Shown here piece by piece: positions 26,081-35,737 of a stretch of DNA of 64,000 nucleotides (the first letter of the stretch is position 1; the number at the start of each line of letters is the position of its first letter). A program made the position numbers and the translations under genes. Source of the DNA: a virus (lineage: Duplodnaviria; Caudoviricetes); IMG/VR virus record IMGVR_UViG_3300025889_000109, positions 1,292-65,291 of that record. One strand, written 5' to 3'. A model generated the notes under the pieces. That model was not told the DNA's origin and ran no database searches. It saw only the letters and a program-made list of their open reading frames with translations.

Positions 26081-26540
26081 TTGTAATATCTTTATAAATT
26101 GTTTTACCGTTTTCTTTTAATGCTCTAAGGCATCGGCCTCTATTTTCTGATTCTGATATATAACTAACATGCACCCAATCTGGATTATTGTCGTTTCCAA
26201 ATTCCCATATTAATTGATCAAAATTTATATTGTTTTTTATATAGTCAAACATTTCAGCATTTGTTTTATACCCAAATGTATCGTCTATATCAATAGCTCT
26301 ACCTTCGCAATGTTGTGATCTTGTTGACCCCCCAATTGCTTTATTTAATTCTTCGCAACGGTAAAAACTATTTATTTTTATTGGCCCACCAGCCCATTCT
26401 CTAAGAGGTTCAAAAACATTATTAGCAACAGCCACCATATTTGTTAATTCATATGGGCCAGGAGTATTATCAATACCAAGCCTTGTAGCAGTATTTGATT
26501 TTATACCCTCTTTATTACTAATATGATTTGAAATAGCCAT
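26073..26540 (-). CDS. Endolysin, peptidase M15 family
   Basis: INSFYRC..LN.AIGGS..SQH..G.A.D...WVHVS. Confidence 0.85.
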   Translation of the reverse strand: MAISNHISNKEGIKSNTATRLGIDNTPGPYELTNMVAVANNVFEPLREWAGGPIKINSFYRCEELNKAIGGSTRSQHCEGRAIDIDDTFGYKTNAEMFDYIKNNINFDQLIWEFGNDNNPDWVHVSYISESENRGRCLRALKENGKTIYKDITNA

Positions 26541-26541
26541 A

Positions 26542-26688
26542 TTAAGACCCTAAAATATTTTTTTGAATTTTTTTACCGCCTCTCATTTTACATCCACATC
26601 CTTGTGCAATTGGTTCCATACAAGTTGGGCATACTGCAGCTGGTGCTTTTTTCTGAGCGTGTACTTTTTTAGTGATAGGTAGATCCAT
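26542..26688 (-). CDS. Small basic Cys-containing protein (48 aa, not in the ORF track)
   Basis: MDLPITKKVHAQKKAPAAVCPTCMEPIAQGCGCK...; fills the gap between co-oriented genes. Confidence 0.55.
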   Translation of the reverse strand: MDLPITKKVHAQKKAPAAVCPTCMEPIAQGCGCKMRGGKKIQKNILGS

Positions 26689-26690
26689 GA

Positions 26691-27014
26691 TTATTTTTTC
26701 TTTTGTTTATTATATGCTTCTTTTTCCCAAGGAAGGTTTTTAGCACCTTCTTTCATTGATTTTCTTGGGTATTTATTGCCTTTCCAATATACATAATTAT
26801 CATCATAAGATAGATCACCTCTATCCATTTGATGCTTATGTACTTTTTCATGGCTTACGGCTATTTTTTGTTGTACTGGAGATAATCTACTATTAATATA
26901 AATAGTACCATCGTTATGTGTTTCTCCGTGTATGTCAGGGCCTAAATCTTTTTTAATTATAGGACTGTTTCCAGCTAATAAGCTTTCAACATTACTTTTC
27001 ATTTTATAAGCCAT
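26691..27014 (-). CDS. Small zincin-like metallopeptidase
   Basis: G.IYIN...HEKVH..Q...PWEKEAY (HExxH plus downstream Glu). Confidence 0.6.
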   Translation of the reverse strand: MAYKMKSNVESLLAGNSPIIKKDLGPDIHGETHNDGTIYINSRLSPVQQKIAVSHEKVHKHQMDRGDLSYDDNYVYWKGNKYPRKSMKEGAKNLPWEKEAYNKQKKK

Positions 27015-27454
27015 TATCTTTCTAAATCTTTATTCATAATATCAATTGCGGAATTGAATACTTTATCAGTATAACTGCTGTTTTTATTAAAAACGCTTCT
27101 ACGAGACATTGGCAAATCTTCTTGCCCTAAAAGTATTCTGTATATCCGCGCAATGATGTATTTACACTTTGTAGATACTTTGTAAATATTATATTTGATT
27201 GTAGTGTGATTTCGCTTAGCGTATACTTCTATCCAGCCGTTTCCGCGGAGTCGTTCCCAGCGATGTTTATCCCAAGAGTAAATATATGTACCCTTAATAT
27301 AATCATCACGTGTAAAAGTCCCTAAGCAATCAAAATGAATTAATAATTCTAATTCTGCATCTGTAAGATTATAAGTTTTACACGCCCATTTGCGAACGAG
27401 CCTATAATACTTTAATAAACCTATTTCTTTTAAATCAGATGCTTCTATTCTCAT
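27014..27454 (-). CDS. Putative winged-helix DNA-binding protein
   Basis: LTDAELELLI...L...GWI...Y.VS.K pattern resembles MarR-like wHTH. Confidence 0.45.
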   Translation of the reverse strand: MRIEASDLKEIGLLKYYRLVRKWACKTYNLTDAELELLIHFDCLGTFTRDDYIKGTYIYSWDKHRWERLRGNGWIEVYAKRNHTTIKYNIYKVSTKCKYIIARIYRILLGQEDLPMSRRSVFNKNSSYTDKVFNSAIDIMNKDLER

Positions 27455-27711
27455 AATACAACAACTACGTCTTGTTCTTTAATAACATGAAGTAGTTCGC
27501 CGTTGTAATCTATGCCATAGCCAGCAAATCTGTCGTAATAAATATAATCCCCTGCAATAACTCCTTCAACGTAATTACCAACAGAACATACTTCAGCTTT
27601 TCTATATCGTATTTCATCTTGATGCTTTTCGGTCAAAATTAAGCCTGATTCACTTGGTTTAATCTCTTCCTTAATTAATTTAATTATAATAAATTTATTT
27701 ACCGCTTTCAT
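27451..27711 (-). CDS. groES: Co-chaperonin GroES
   Basis: SGLIL...AEV.SVG..V..GD.I.Y...G...IKEQDV; adjacent to groEL. Confidence 0.85.
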   Translation of the reverse strand: MKAVNKFIIIKLIKEEIKPSESGLILTEKHQDEIRYRKAEVCSVGNYVEGVIAGDYIYYDRFAGYGIDYNGELLHVIKEQDVVVVL

Positions 27712-29261
27712 TGCTCTCTAACGTTAGATATTACACAATCTGCGGACATTATAGTAGTTGCAACCGAAATTGCGTTCTTTAATGCTGTTTTTGTTACAAG
27801 TACAGGATCAATAATACCTTCTTTAATAAGATTTACACCTTCACCCGTTATAACATTAATACCCCAGCCTTTTTTCATATAAGGCCCATAAGTTATACCT
27901 GCATTTGCAAGTATTGTCTTGTATGGGGCTTTTATTGCTTCAAGTAATAATTTACCACCCACTTTATTATCAGTTGATATTTCATCTGCAGCATTATGCA
28001 ATGCAATACCAGCACCAGGTACAATACCTTCTTTTAAAGCAGCTTTTACGGCATATATAGCGTCTTCTACTCTATCTTTCTTTTCTTTAAGCTCAATCTT
28101 AGAATCAGCACCTACATATATGATACCGACTGCACCCGAAAGCATTGCTTTACGTTGTTCAAGCTTTTTCAAAGCATAAGGATTTTTTTCTTCCTTTATT
28201 TGCTTTTCTATTGCTAAGATACGATTTTTAATTTCATCTGTTTCAACATTTGTTGCAATAACTGTATTGTGTTCATCTGTTACAGCTTTTGAAGCAATAC
28301 CTAAACAGCTTTCATCAATTAAATCAAGATCATCACCTAATTCTTCATTAATTACTTTAGCGCCAGTGATAATTGCTAAATCATCTAGCATATCACGGCG
28401 TATTGAAGAAAAACCAGGTGGATCAATAACATTTACTTTAATGTTACCTTTAACTTTGTTCATTATAAGTGCAGACATCACTTGCTGTGATACATTACCT
28501 ATAATTAATATAGCTTTTTTGTGCTTTATAGCGTATTCTAGAACACTTTGTATCTTTCTTATACTTTCTACTTGTGAATCAATAATAAGTACAAGAGGGT
28601 CTTCTAAAACAGCTTTATTTTTTTCTTTATCAGTAATTAAATGTTGTGATTTTAATCCAGAGTCAAATTGTACACCATCAACTGTATCAACATATGTTTT
28701 TTCAGTTTCTGACTCTTCCATTAGTACAACACCGTCTTTACCTACTTTATTATAAGCTTCAGCAATAATGCCACCTAATATTTTATCATTATTTGTGGAT
28801 ATTGTTGCAACATGGTCCAGCATATCTGCTTTTACTTCTTTTGCTGAACTTTCTAAGTGTCTTATTACTTTTTCAGCAGTACTATTTATATCTTCTTTTA
28901 TTTGTCGAAGATCAGGGTTTTCTAATTCCCAATATTTTTTTAAAATGGAGTGTGCGAGGACAGTAGCTGTAGTAGTACCGTCACCCGCTTCCTTAACTGT
29001 TTTTTGAGCTGCCTCCTTAATGAGGGTTGCGCCGATATTTTCGACGGGGTCTATAAGAACCACGCTATTAGCAACAGTCACTCCGTCTTTTGTAACTATT
29101 GGCTTTCCAAGTGCATCTTCATAAATAACGCACTTTCCGGACGCTCCCATTGTAGACGCAACGGCTTTTGCTAGTTTGTCTACTCCGGACATAATTTTAT
29201 TTTGAGCGTCATTGCCAAAAGTTAAATCTTTTACAATTTCGCTTGCATGATTAAATTCCAT
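27708..29261 (-). CDS. groEL: Chaperonin GroEL (517 aa, no GGM tail)
   Basis: TKDGVTVA, AGDGTTTATVLA, EKKDRVEDA, GIVPGAG, GIIDPV.V. Confidence 0.95.
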   Translation of the reverse strand: MEFNHASEIVKDLTFGNDAQNKIMSGVDKLAKAVASTMGASGKCVIYEDALGKPIVTKDGVTVANSVVLIDPVENIGATLIKEAAQKTVKEAGDGTTTATVLAHSILKKYWELENPDLRQIKEDINSTAEKVIRHLESSAKEVKADMLDHVATISTNNDKILGGIIAEAYNKVGKDGVVLMEESETEKTYVDTVDGVQFDSGLKSQHLITDKEKNKAVLEDPLVLIIDSQVESIRKIQSVLEYAIKHKKAILIIGNVSQQVMSALIMNKVKGNIKVNVIDPPGFSSIRRDMLDDLAIITGAKVINEELGDDLDLIDESCLGIASKAVTDEHNTVIATNVETDEIKNRILAIEKQIKEEKNPYALKKLEQRKAMLSGAVGIIYVGADSKIELKEKKDRVEDAIYAVKAALKEGIVPGAGIALHNAADEISTDNKVGGKLLLEAIKAPYKTILANAGITYGPYMKKGWGINVITGEGVNLIKEGIIDPVLVTKTALKNAISVATTIMSADCVISNVREQ

Positions 29262-29284
29262 TAAATTAAATTTTAGATTACTTT

Positions 29285-29575
29285 TTATTCAAATGTTTTT
29301 ACCACTATAGGTCCTTCAGTTAACTTTAGCTTTTTTTCGTAGTGTTCAATTGAAGAGTCAATTGCTTTTTCAGCACCGTCAATAGTTTCTCTTCTGGTAA
29401 CACCTGTCCAGCTATTGTCACTGTCTCGCCATTCCGTTTGGTAATAACCATTTGGTAATTGCGTAATCCGCCAGTTTTTCTTTTCTGCATAACGTTTCCA
29501 CAATGATTTGGTTTCTTCGGATACTTGAGGTTCTCCGGTTGTCCATGAATTGGTTTTGTAATAAAAATAAGTCAT
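29285..29575 (-). CDS. Hypothetical protein
   Basis: 96 aa, NWRITQLPNGYYQTE; preceded by an ATGTAATA motif. Confidence 0.65.
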   Translation of the reverse strand: MTYFYYKTNSWTTGEPQVSEETKSLWKRYAEKKNWRITQLPNGYYQTEWRDSDNSWTGVTRRETIDGAEKAIDSSIEHYEKKLKLTEGPIVVKTFE

Positions 29576-29648
29576 AGGTCTTTGGTTTTAAGGTTAATAA
29601 ATAATTGTTTGGTTATATACTATATTACATTGAATTGCATATTTTTAG

Positions 29649-29906
29649 CTACCATTTTCCGGCTGGGCATTTTGCTTGCATGGCTAATGTCTTAGCTGCT
29701 ATATTACATCCACAGCCCCTTACGTCATTACCAGTTACAACATGCTTTATTATGCTATTTGGATCACATACATTATTTTTTCTTATAGGGCATTTGTCGC
29801 AATGGCTAAGCCTTATGGTTGCCACAGCTTTAATTGTTGGATCTAAAGAATTTAATTTGTCTTTAATTAAATTACCCCACCCTTCTAGTATTTGATTAAT
29901 AACCAT
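29649..29906 (-). CDS. Small Cys-rich (Zn-binding) protein
   Basis: C..C.......C...GCGC...K......CP..KW. Confidence 0.65.
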   Translation of the reverse strand: MVINQILEGWGNLIKDKLNSLDPTIKAVATIRLSHCDKCPIRKNNVCDPNSIIKHVVTGNDVRGCGCNIAAKTLAMQAKCPAGKW

Positions 29907-29909
29907 TGT

Positions 29910-31532
29910 TTATGCTATTGCTAAATAGATGAATGTATCAGATGTATTAGAATCTAAACCATTTAATCTAAACCCATCAGTTATTAAACTTGTGTATCCT
30001 GAATTTGAATCATCAGCATTTGTTGAATTTGGATACAAATATATATTGTTGCCTCTTACAGAATCTGTAATGCGCCAACTCGCTGAAGCTGTTGCATTTT
30101 TAACCAATAAAAATCTTGGATTAAATCCTAATCCCGTAATTGTTTGACCTCCTGAACTTCCATTCCCTACATAACTCCCCACCTTTTGATACCCGTCTAC
30201 TGAATGGAAGCAGTACATAATATATTCGTTTGTATTTCCATTGAAGTCTGCCGTTGTTCCTGTCCAAGTTATGGTTGAAGAAGAAGGAGTAAAGAATGTA
30301 TCACTTGTTGATGCGTTAGTAGTATTTAAACCTTCAAATCTTCTTGTTGAAGCTCCTGATTTTTCAAATACAAACCAATTCGCTACAGCATTGGTTCTTT
30401 TAAATATAACTAATTCAGGCGCTGAACTTAATCCGTGTCCAACAGATTGCGTTGTTCCCCCATTCCCTGTATACTTCACAATACTAAACCCTGCATTAGG
30501 ATTTGCAGATACTGTTGAGGCGATAGTGCCTTGCGTATTATTATTAAGAGTCGGTATTCCCCCACCTTTAAACGCATAAGAAACAAAAGTTGCATTGTTT
30601 GTATTACTATCCGTCCAAGCACCAATAGACCAGCCGTTTGAATTAAAAGAAGTCAATGAATCTGCCTGTATTGCTTCTGCGTGAGTGCCTGCAGTGTATA
30701 TTCTTTTTGTTGCGCCTCGAACAGAATCAAAAACATTCATTTTTTCAGCAAAAGATCTTGATTTTGTAAGCACCAAATCAGGTTGGAAGTCAAGCGATGT
30801 GATTGATTGTGTGCTTCCGTTTCCCGTATAAGTAACAATGTCAAAATTTTCAGTGTTAACAAAAGCAGCATTAACTGTTATAGAAAAGTTTCTTGGGGTT
30901 GATTGATTTTCATCATCTATAGCTTCAATAGTAAAGCTGTATAATGTTGTTGAGGTTTCTGCAGTTGTAGTACCATTAATATTAGCTCCCGAAAGTGACA
31001 GCCCAGTTGGTAGTGCTCCATTGGTAATATTAAATGTAATAGTACCACCATCGGGTTCTGTAGCTTGTAATGTTATTGTAGATATTGTAGTACTAGATTC
31101 AAATGTACCTAAACTACCTGCGGCAGTTGTCCATGTTGGAACACCATTATATGATATACCATTAACAAATGTACCCGATGCTCCAGTAACACCATTAGTT
31201 ACAACAATATCATAATCTCCAGCTGCTTTTGCTGGGGTTGTAATTGTAAGTTGTGTATTTGATGTATGTGCTACGGAAGGGGCAGCTGTTCCACCAATAG
31301 TTACTGTCATACCACTAGTAGCAAACCCAGTACCTGTTAAAACAACTGTTTGACCACCTGCGGGGTCTGCCGCAGTATCATCACCAGGATAGGTTACAGA
31401 TGTAACTGATGGTCCAGTTGAAGCTTGGCCCCATGTCATGCTGCCATCGCCATTACTCATTAAAAAATAACCATCTGTTCCGTGCCCAACGACACCGTAA
31501 AACATTCCTGCTTTTATATTGGTATTTGCCAT
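29910..31532 (-). CDS. Fibre/adhesin protein with IPT/TIG and Ig-like domains and repeated YTGNG modules
   Basis: Shares a module with 18442-19941; C-terminal F.IV.YTGNG...PDLV..K.R repeats ending IYLAIA. Confidence 0.7.
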   Translation of the reverse strand: MANTNIKAGMFYGVVGHGTDGYFLMSNGDGSMTWGQASTGPSVTSVTYPGDDTAADPAGGQTVVLTGTGFATSGMTVTIGGTAAPSVAHTSNTQLTITTPAKAAGDYDIVVTNGVTGASGTFVNGISYNGVPTWTTAAGSLGTFESSTTISTITLQATEPDGGTITFNITNGALPTGLSLSGANINGTTTAETSTTLYSFTIEAIDDENQSTPRNFSITVNAAFVNTENFDIVTYTGNGSTQSITSLDFQPDLVLTKSRSFAEKMNVFDSVRGATKRIYTAGTHAEAIQADSLTSFNSNGWSIGAWTDSNTNNATFVSYAFKGGGIPTLNNNTQGTIASTVSANPNAGFSIVKYTGNGGTTQSVGHGLSSAPELVIFKRTNAVANWFVFEKSGASTRRFEGLNTTNASTSDTFFTPSSSTITWTGTTADFNGNTNEYIMYCFHSVDGYQKVGSYVGNGSSGGQTITGLGFNPRFLLVKNATASASWRITDSVRGNNIYLYPNSTNADDSNSGYTSLITDGFRLNGLDSNTSDTFIYLAIA

Positions 31533-31768
31533 TATTTAGTATTATTGATTTTTGTGCCCTTACCAAAACCACTACGGTTTCTTTTTGTAGATACAAAGGA
31601 CATTGTAGTATGATCGTAGTCCATACCGTCTATATTCTTACCGTTGCTTTTAGCTACACGGCGTTTACGTTGGTTTTCAGCCTTCATGGCCCGGCGCCGA
31701 GGAGTCATCGCGACAGCTTTATCTCGCGTTTTCTTACGACGCTGGGCTTCTGGTGAAAGCTTTTGCAT
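31532..31768 (-). CDS. Small basic protein, minimal HNH-like
   Basis: Arg/Lys-rich, G.DYDH.....S...NR. Confidence 0.45.
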   Translation of the reverse strand: MQKLSPEAQRRKKTRDKAVAMTPRRRAMKAENQRKRRVAKSNGKNIDGMDYDHTTMSFVSTKRNRSGFGKGTKINNTK

Positions 31769-32232
31769 TAGTATTTCTTTTTAAGAGACGGTTTAGATTT
31801 ACCTTTACCAACTGGTGCATCTTTTTTACCGTACATTTTAGCAGGAGATTTCTTACTTGCGCCTCCTTTTGTTTTGTGGTATACTCTAAGCTCTTGTGCA
31901 GTCATATCACTTCTACGACCACCTGTAGTGTATTTACCTGATTCAATTTCTTCTTTTCTTTTAGCCGATGCTGTTTTGTATTGCCCAGCAGATTCATGCG
32001 CACCAGCAATGTTTCTTTCAACTTGCTCCTTAATAGTTTTAGGTGACTTTGCAGTTACCACAACCTCTTTAAGTTTTTCAGTTTTAATTTTATCCTTACC
32101 TTCAGTTTTCTTTACCGGTGATTCAGGGGCTGCTTCAATAGCATCCTTCAATTGCTGAGGTAGATTCTTTTGTTTTCCTACTAAGGCTTTCATAAGTGGC
32201 CCCTTCGGATTCATTTTAAATGGTGATCCCAT
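31768..32232 (-). CDS. Basic Lys/Pro-rich protein with SP-x-K motifs; first gene of the late arm
   Basis: SPFKM, SPVKK, SPKT, SPAKM. Confidence 0.6.
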   Translation of the reverse strand: MGSPFKMNPKGPLMKALVGKQKNLPQQLKDAIEAAPESPVKKTEGKDKIKTEKLKEVVVTAKSPKTIKEQVERNIAGAHESAGQYKTASAKRKEEIESGKYTTGGRRSDMTAQELRVYHKTKGGASKKSPAKMYGKKDAPVGKGKSKPSLKKKY

Positions 32233-32340
32233 AGTTTAAGTTTTTAATGATTAATCAATATTTTAACATGCATGTATTATAACTTGTTATATTACGTTTA
32301 ATAAAAATTATTTAAATTACTCTTTATTATATACTAAAAG

Positions 32341-32393
32341 TGCGACATTAGCCCCCTACATATATTATATTAACGCCCTATTGTCACAGTTTT
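32341..32393. promoter_or_regulatory. Imperfect palindrome, copy 1 (inverted copy at 39751-39803)
   Basis: TGCGACATTAGC-N24(AT-rich)-CCTATTGTCACA; 42/53 identical to the reverse complement of 39751-39803. Confidence 0.75.
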
Positions 32394-32703
32394 GAGGTAA
32401 ATAAAAAGCAGCCCCACCCGGCTTGAAATATTACGTTAGATAATTATAGGTTATGTATTACACGTAACTACTTGACTACCAGCCACTTAAACAAAACCAC
32501 TTTTACAATACCACCCCCCAACTGTTTGTATATCAATATGTTATGTTTTTAGGTTTTTATATAACTTTTACAAAGTAAACACGAAACTATTTGGATAATA
32601 TATATGAAAATAAATAATAAAGTTTTTAAAAAAATAAAAATAAAATTACAAAGTAAGCACGAAGCAAATTGGATAATATAAATGTAACCAAAAAATAGAA
32701 ATT

Positions 32704-32850
32704 ATGAAAATGTATAAAGTAACTAAAACAACACAATGGAATTGTAAAGGCAATATGCGAAACTATATTAAATATATGAAAGCAAATAGTATTGAAGAAG
32801 TTATAAAACATTTTGGAACTGAAAATATATTAGAAGTAGAAGAATGTTAA
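32704..32850 (+). CDS. Early small hypothetical protein (48 aa)
   Basis: MKMYKVTKTTQW...; downstream of promoter copy 2, ends at copy 3. Confidence 0.55.
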   Translation: MKMYKVTKTTQWNCKGNMRNYIKYMKANSIEEVIKHFGTENILEVEEC

Positions 32851-32906
32851 TTACAAACTAAATACGAACCTCATCGGATAATATATATGAACTTTAAAAC
32901 ACACAC

Positions 32907-33047
32907 ATGCAACTAACTAAACAAGAACTCAACCTCATCTATCATTGCCTACAAGATTGTGCTAACTCCGATGACTGGCAACATATGCAAGAACCCATCT
33001 GGGGAACATTAAGCAAAATACAGCAAATGGCTAATAATATTAAGTAA
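32907..33047 (+). CDS. Early small hypothetical protein (46 aa)
   Basis: MQLTKQELNLIYHCL...; AAAACACACAC leader. Confidence 0.55.
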   Translation: MQLTKQELNLIYHCLQDCANSDDWQHMQEPIWGTLSKIQQMANNIK

Positions 33048-33122
33048 AAATGCTTTTCAAGCTAACAGACTTAGCTTAATAACAGTAAACAATAAAACAT
33101 TAACAAATAAAACACACACCTT

Positions 33123-33299
33123 ATGACTACTAAATTAAAACGTAAAATTGAAAAACAAAACAAATCAACTGAAAAGAAAATGGGTACTTATCTCCTTGGT
33201 ATGAAAGGAACTACAAAAATATCCTTTGCTAGAAATGCACACTGGAACCATATTGACACGACTAAAGTCTACTATGCTTACACTAGACTACAAGCCTAA
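33123..33299 (+). CDS. Early small hypothetical protein (58 aa)
   Basis: MTTKLKRKIEKQ...; AC-rich leader. Confidence 0.5.
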   Translation: MTTKLKRKIEKQNKSTEKKMGTYLLGMKGTTKISFARNAHWNHIDTTKVYYAYTRLQA

Positions 33300-33801
33300 C
33301 ACGATACCAAATGGATAATATAAACGTAAAACAAAAGCAAATGAAAGTAATTGACTGGAACATAACTGGAAGTTTAACCAAAAACAAATACAACCTCAAC
33401 TTAAAATATGTTGATGGCACAAAAAAAACAATAACTGATACACTAACTGAATTAACTAAAATAATTAAAACAATATGAACACATCACACACAAAATTAAT
33501 GGACTGGGTAAACACGCTTGATTTACCATGCGAAGAAAAGATAAACAGAATATACAAGTACTACGATTGGCCACTGAGCTATGATGAGACAAAAGAATAC
33601 TTAATCAACAATTAATATGCTAAACGAATTGCAAATACTAAAAGGTAAAATACAAATGATTGACGAGCTGAAGCTTGACAATATGACGATTGACCAACAA
33701 GAGCAATTGCTATACACACACCAGCGTTTAATTGACGAATACAATAACTTAAGAAACGAAATTAGAAAAACATATATACTATGATGATACGACGAACCAC
33801 A

Positions 33802-34092
33802 ATGAACGAATATCTAATACAAGAATTCTTAAAAGATAACTTAAAAGGTTATGAAGCAAGTCACAATGGCCATTGGTATTTCTCTCTTGAAAACAATACA
33901 CTTTATGGGGGTAAAATACTAAAGCTTAGAAATGATATGGGCTACACAATTATCAGAATAAATAAAGACAACATATATTACTGTGCTGAGCGTATACAAG
34001 AAACATTAAGAAACTTAAATAATATAATCGAACAAGAAAAATCAATTAACGAATATTGTAGCAAGAATGCTTGGACATATTCAGGAACTTAA
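33802..34092 (+). CDS. Early hypothetical protein
   Basis: ORF track 33781-34092; likely start MNEYL. Confidence 0.55.
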   Translation: MNEYLIQEFLKDNLKGYEASHNGHWYFSLENNTLYGGKILKLRNDMGYTIIRINKDNIYYCAERIQETLRNLNNIIEQEKSINEYCSKNAWTYSGT

Positions 34093-34491
34093 AAATAAAT
34101 ATATGGAAACACTATTTCAATTACAAAACCTCGACACAGGCTTTTTATTAGGTCTATTATTAACTGGAGTTATTTTAATTTTAACTGAATTATCATGATA
34201 GATATGAGACCAAACCCATTAATTAAACAATACCACGACAAACTACAAGATACTGTAGATTTGATTGATGAGCTAGTTGAGCTGGGTGTTAATTATGAAT
34301 TCTTTATGAATGCACAAATTTCACATAAGAATTTAAAAAAGATTAAAAAACTTTTAAAATATATAGGATGAATACAATTGAATGTAATTATTGCAAATCA
34401 ACAGAAGTAACATACAACCAATTAATTATGGATAGTTATTGTGCTGAATGTGGTGAATGGCAAGACGGTGAATAACAAGACAATTAATAAG

Positions 34492-34665
34492 ATGACAGCA
34501 AAATACATAACTGTAATTGATTATCATCAAGGCAATGTAAACACATACCCTATAGAATTATGGGATATGGATAATAAAGATATAATTGAAACACTCCTCG
34601 AGCTGGGCCATATATCTACAAATTGCAAATGGTTAATACACACAGACGAACCCATGACACATTAA
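34492..34665 (+). CDS. Early hypothetical protein, paralogue of 35004-35210
   Basis: YITVIDYHQG...WLIH versus YLTILDYNSG...WMTH. Confidence 0.55.
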   Translation: MTAKYITVIDYHQGNVNTYPIELWDMDNKDIIETLLELGHISTNCKWLIHTDEPMTH

Positions 34666-34733
34666 TTGCTATACACAATTACAAACTAAACACGACAACA
34701 AACAGATAATACTAACAAATAACAAACACAATT

Positions 34734-34934
34734 ATGAAAACATTTAACAGATACAAACAAAATTTAAAAATGGTTGGTAACGACGTCTATTCATATGATA
34801 CACACGTTGCTGAAATAAAAGACGGTAAACTATACAAATTAAAATGGCATGTTTTAGGGGTTGGCTCAGCGTCACGAACAACAACAAAGCATATTAATTA
34901 CGTCGCAGAAGAATTAAACCTTGAAATTGCATAA
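34734..34934 (+). CDS. Early hypothetical protein
   Basis: VYSY.THVA.I...S.TTTKHINY; flanked by repeats of about 70 bp. Confidence 0.65.
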   Translation: MKTFNRYKQNLKMVGNDVYSYDTHVAEIKDGKLYKLKWHVLGVGSASRTTTKHINYVAEELNLEIA

Positions 34935-35003
34935 TTTGCTATACACAATTTACAAAGCAAACACGACATTATCAGGATAATATTAACAAATAACAAACAC
35001 ACT

Positions 35004-35210
35004 ATGCACTATTTAACAATTTTAGATTATAACTCTGGAATAATTATCCAGATAGACATGGAAGAAGTAACAGGATACGACTACCATTGGTCAACTGAAG
35101 GATTTGAAAACTTCATAACTGAAGACTTAAAACTAAATCTTGATGAAATTAACTGGATGACACATTCAGACCCAGATATTAGAACAAATAGAGATTTTGA
35201 AAACCTATAA
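35004..35210 (+). CDS. Early hypothetical protein
   Basis: Promoter copy 6 plus TAACAAACACAC leader. Confidence 0.6.
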   Translation: MHYLTILDYNSGIIIQIDMEEVTGYDYHWSTEGFENFITEDLKLNLDEINWMTHSDPDIRTNRDFENL

Positions 35211-35224
35211 ATAACAAACACACT

Positions 35225-35443
35225 ATGACAATTATTTTAACACAAAATGAAGAACCAATCATGGGTATAGACGGTCTAATGTATGTAGACGGACGATTAA
35301 GTATTGATAACGTTCGATTAAAAGTAAAAGAGCATAATGACTCACTAAAGAAAAATTTTCCACACAAAATAGCTGATGGATTTTATTTTGCAGGGTCAAG
35401 CGGTTATCCATTAAAAAGAATTTCAAAAACATATTCATTATGA
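35225..35443 (+). CDS. Early hypothetical protein
   Basis: TAACAAACACAC leader; 72 aa. Confidence 0.6.
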   Translation: MTIILTQNEEPIMGIDGLMYVDGRLSIDNVRLKVKEHNDSLKKNFPHKIADGFYFAGSSGYPLKRISKTYSL

Positions 35444-35557
35444 TAACAGAATGCTCATACTGCAATGAACCATTACAAGAAGAAGAAATAGAATTTTATA
35501 ACACATACGTAGATGCAATGCCACTTTGCACAAACTGCGGAATTAAATTATGGTAAT

Positions 35558-35737
35558 ATGAACAAAATAGTACAACAAATGGCCGACCATTGTATTGAAG
35601 TTATTGACGAATACATTGACAACACAATACACTGGCAACTTGACGACGAAGACCTTGAAGGTAGCGACTTAGATGAATTAGAATTAAAAATTAAACAACA
35701 AATATTATTTACATTAATTAAAAGAGTAACAAAATGA
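35558..35737 (+). CDS. Acidic early hypothetical protein
   Basis: ORF track 35513-35737; likely start MNKIV. Confidence 0.5.
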   Translation: MNKIVQQMADHCIEVIDEYIDNTIHWQLDDEDLEGSDLDELELKIKQQILFTLIKRVTK

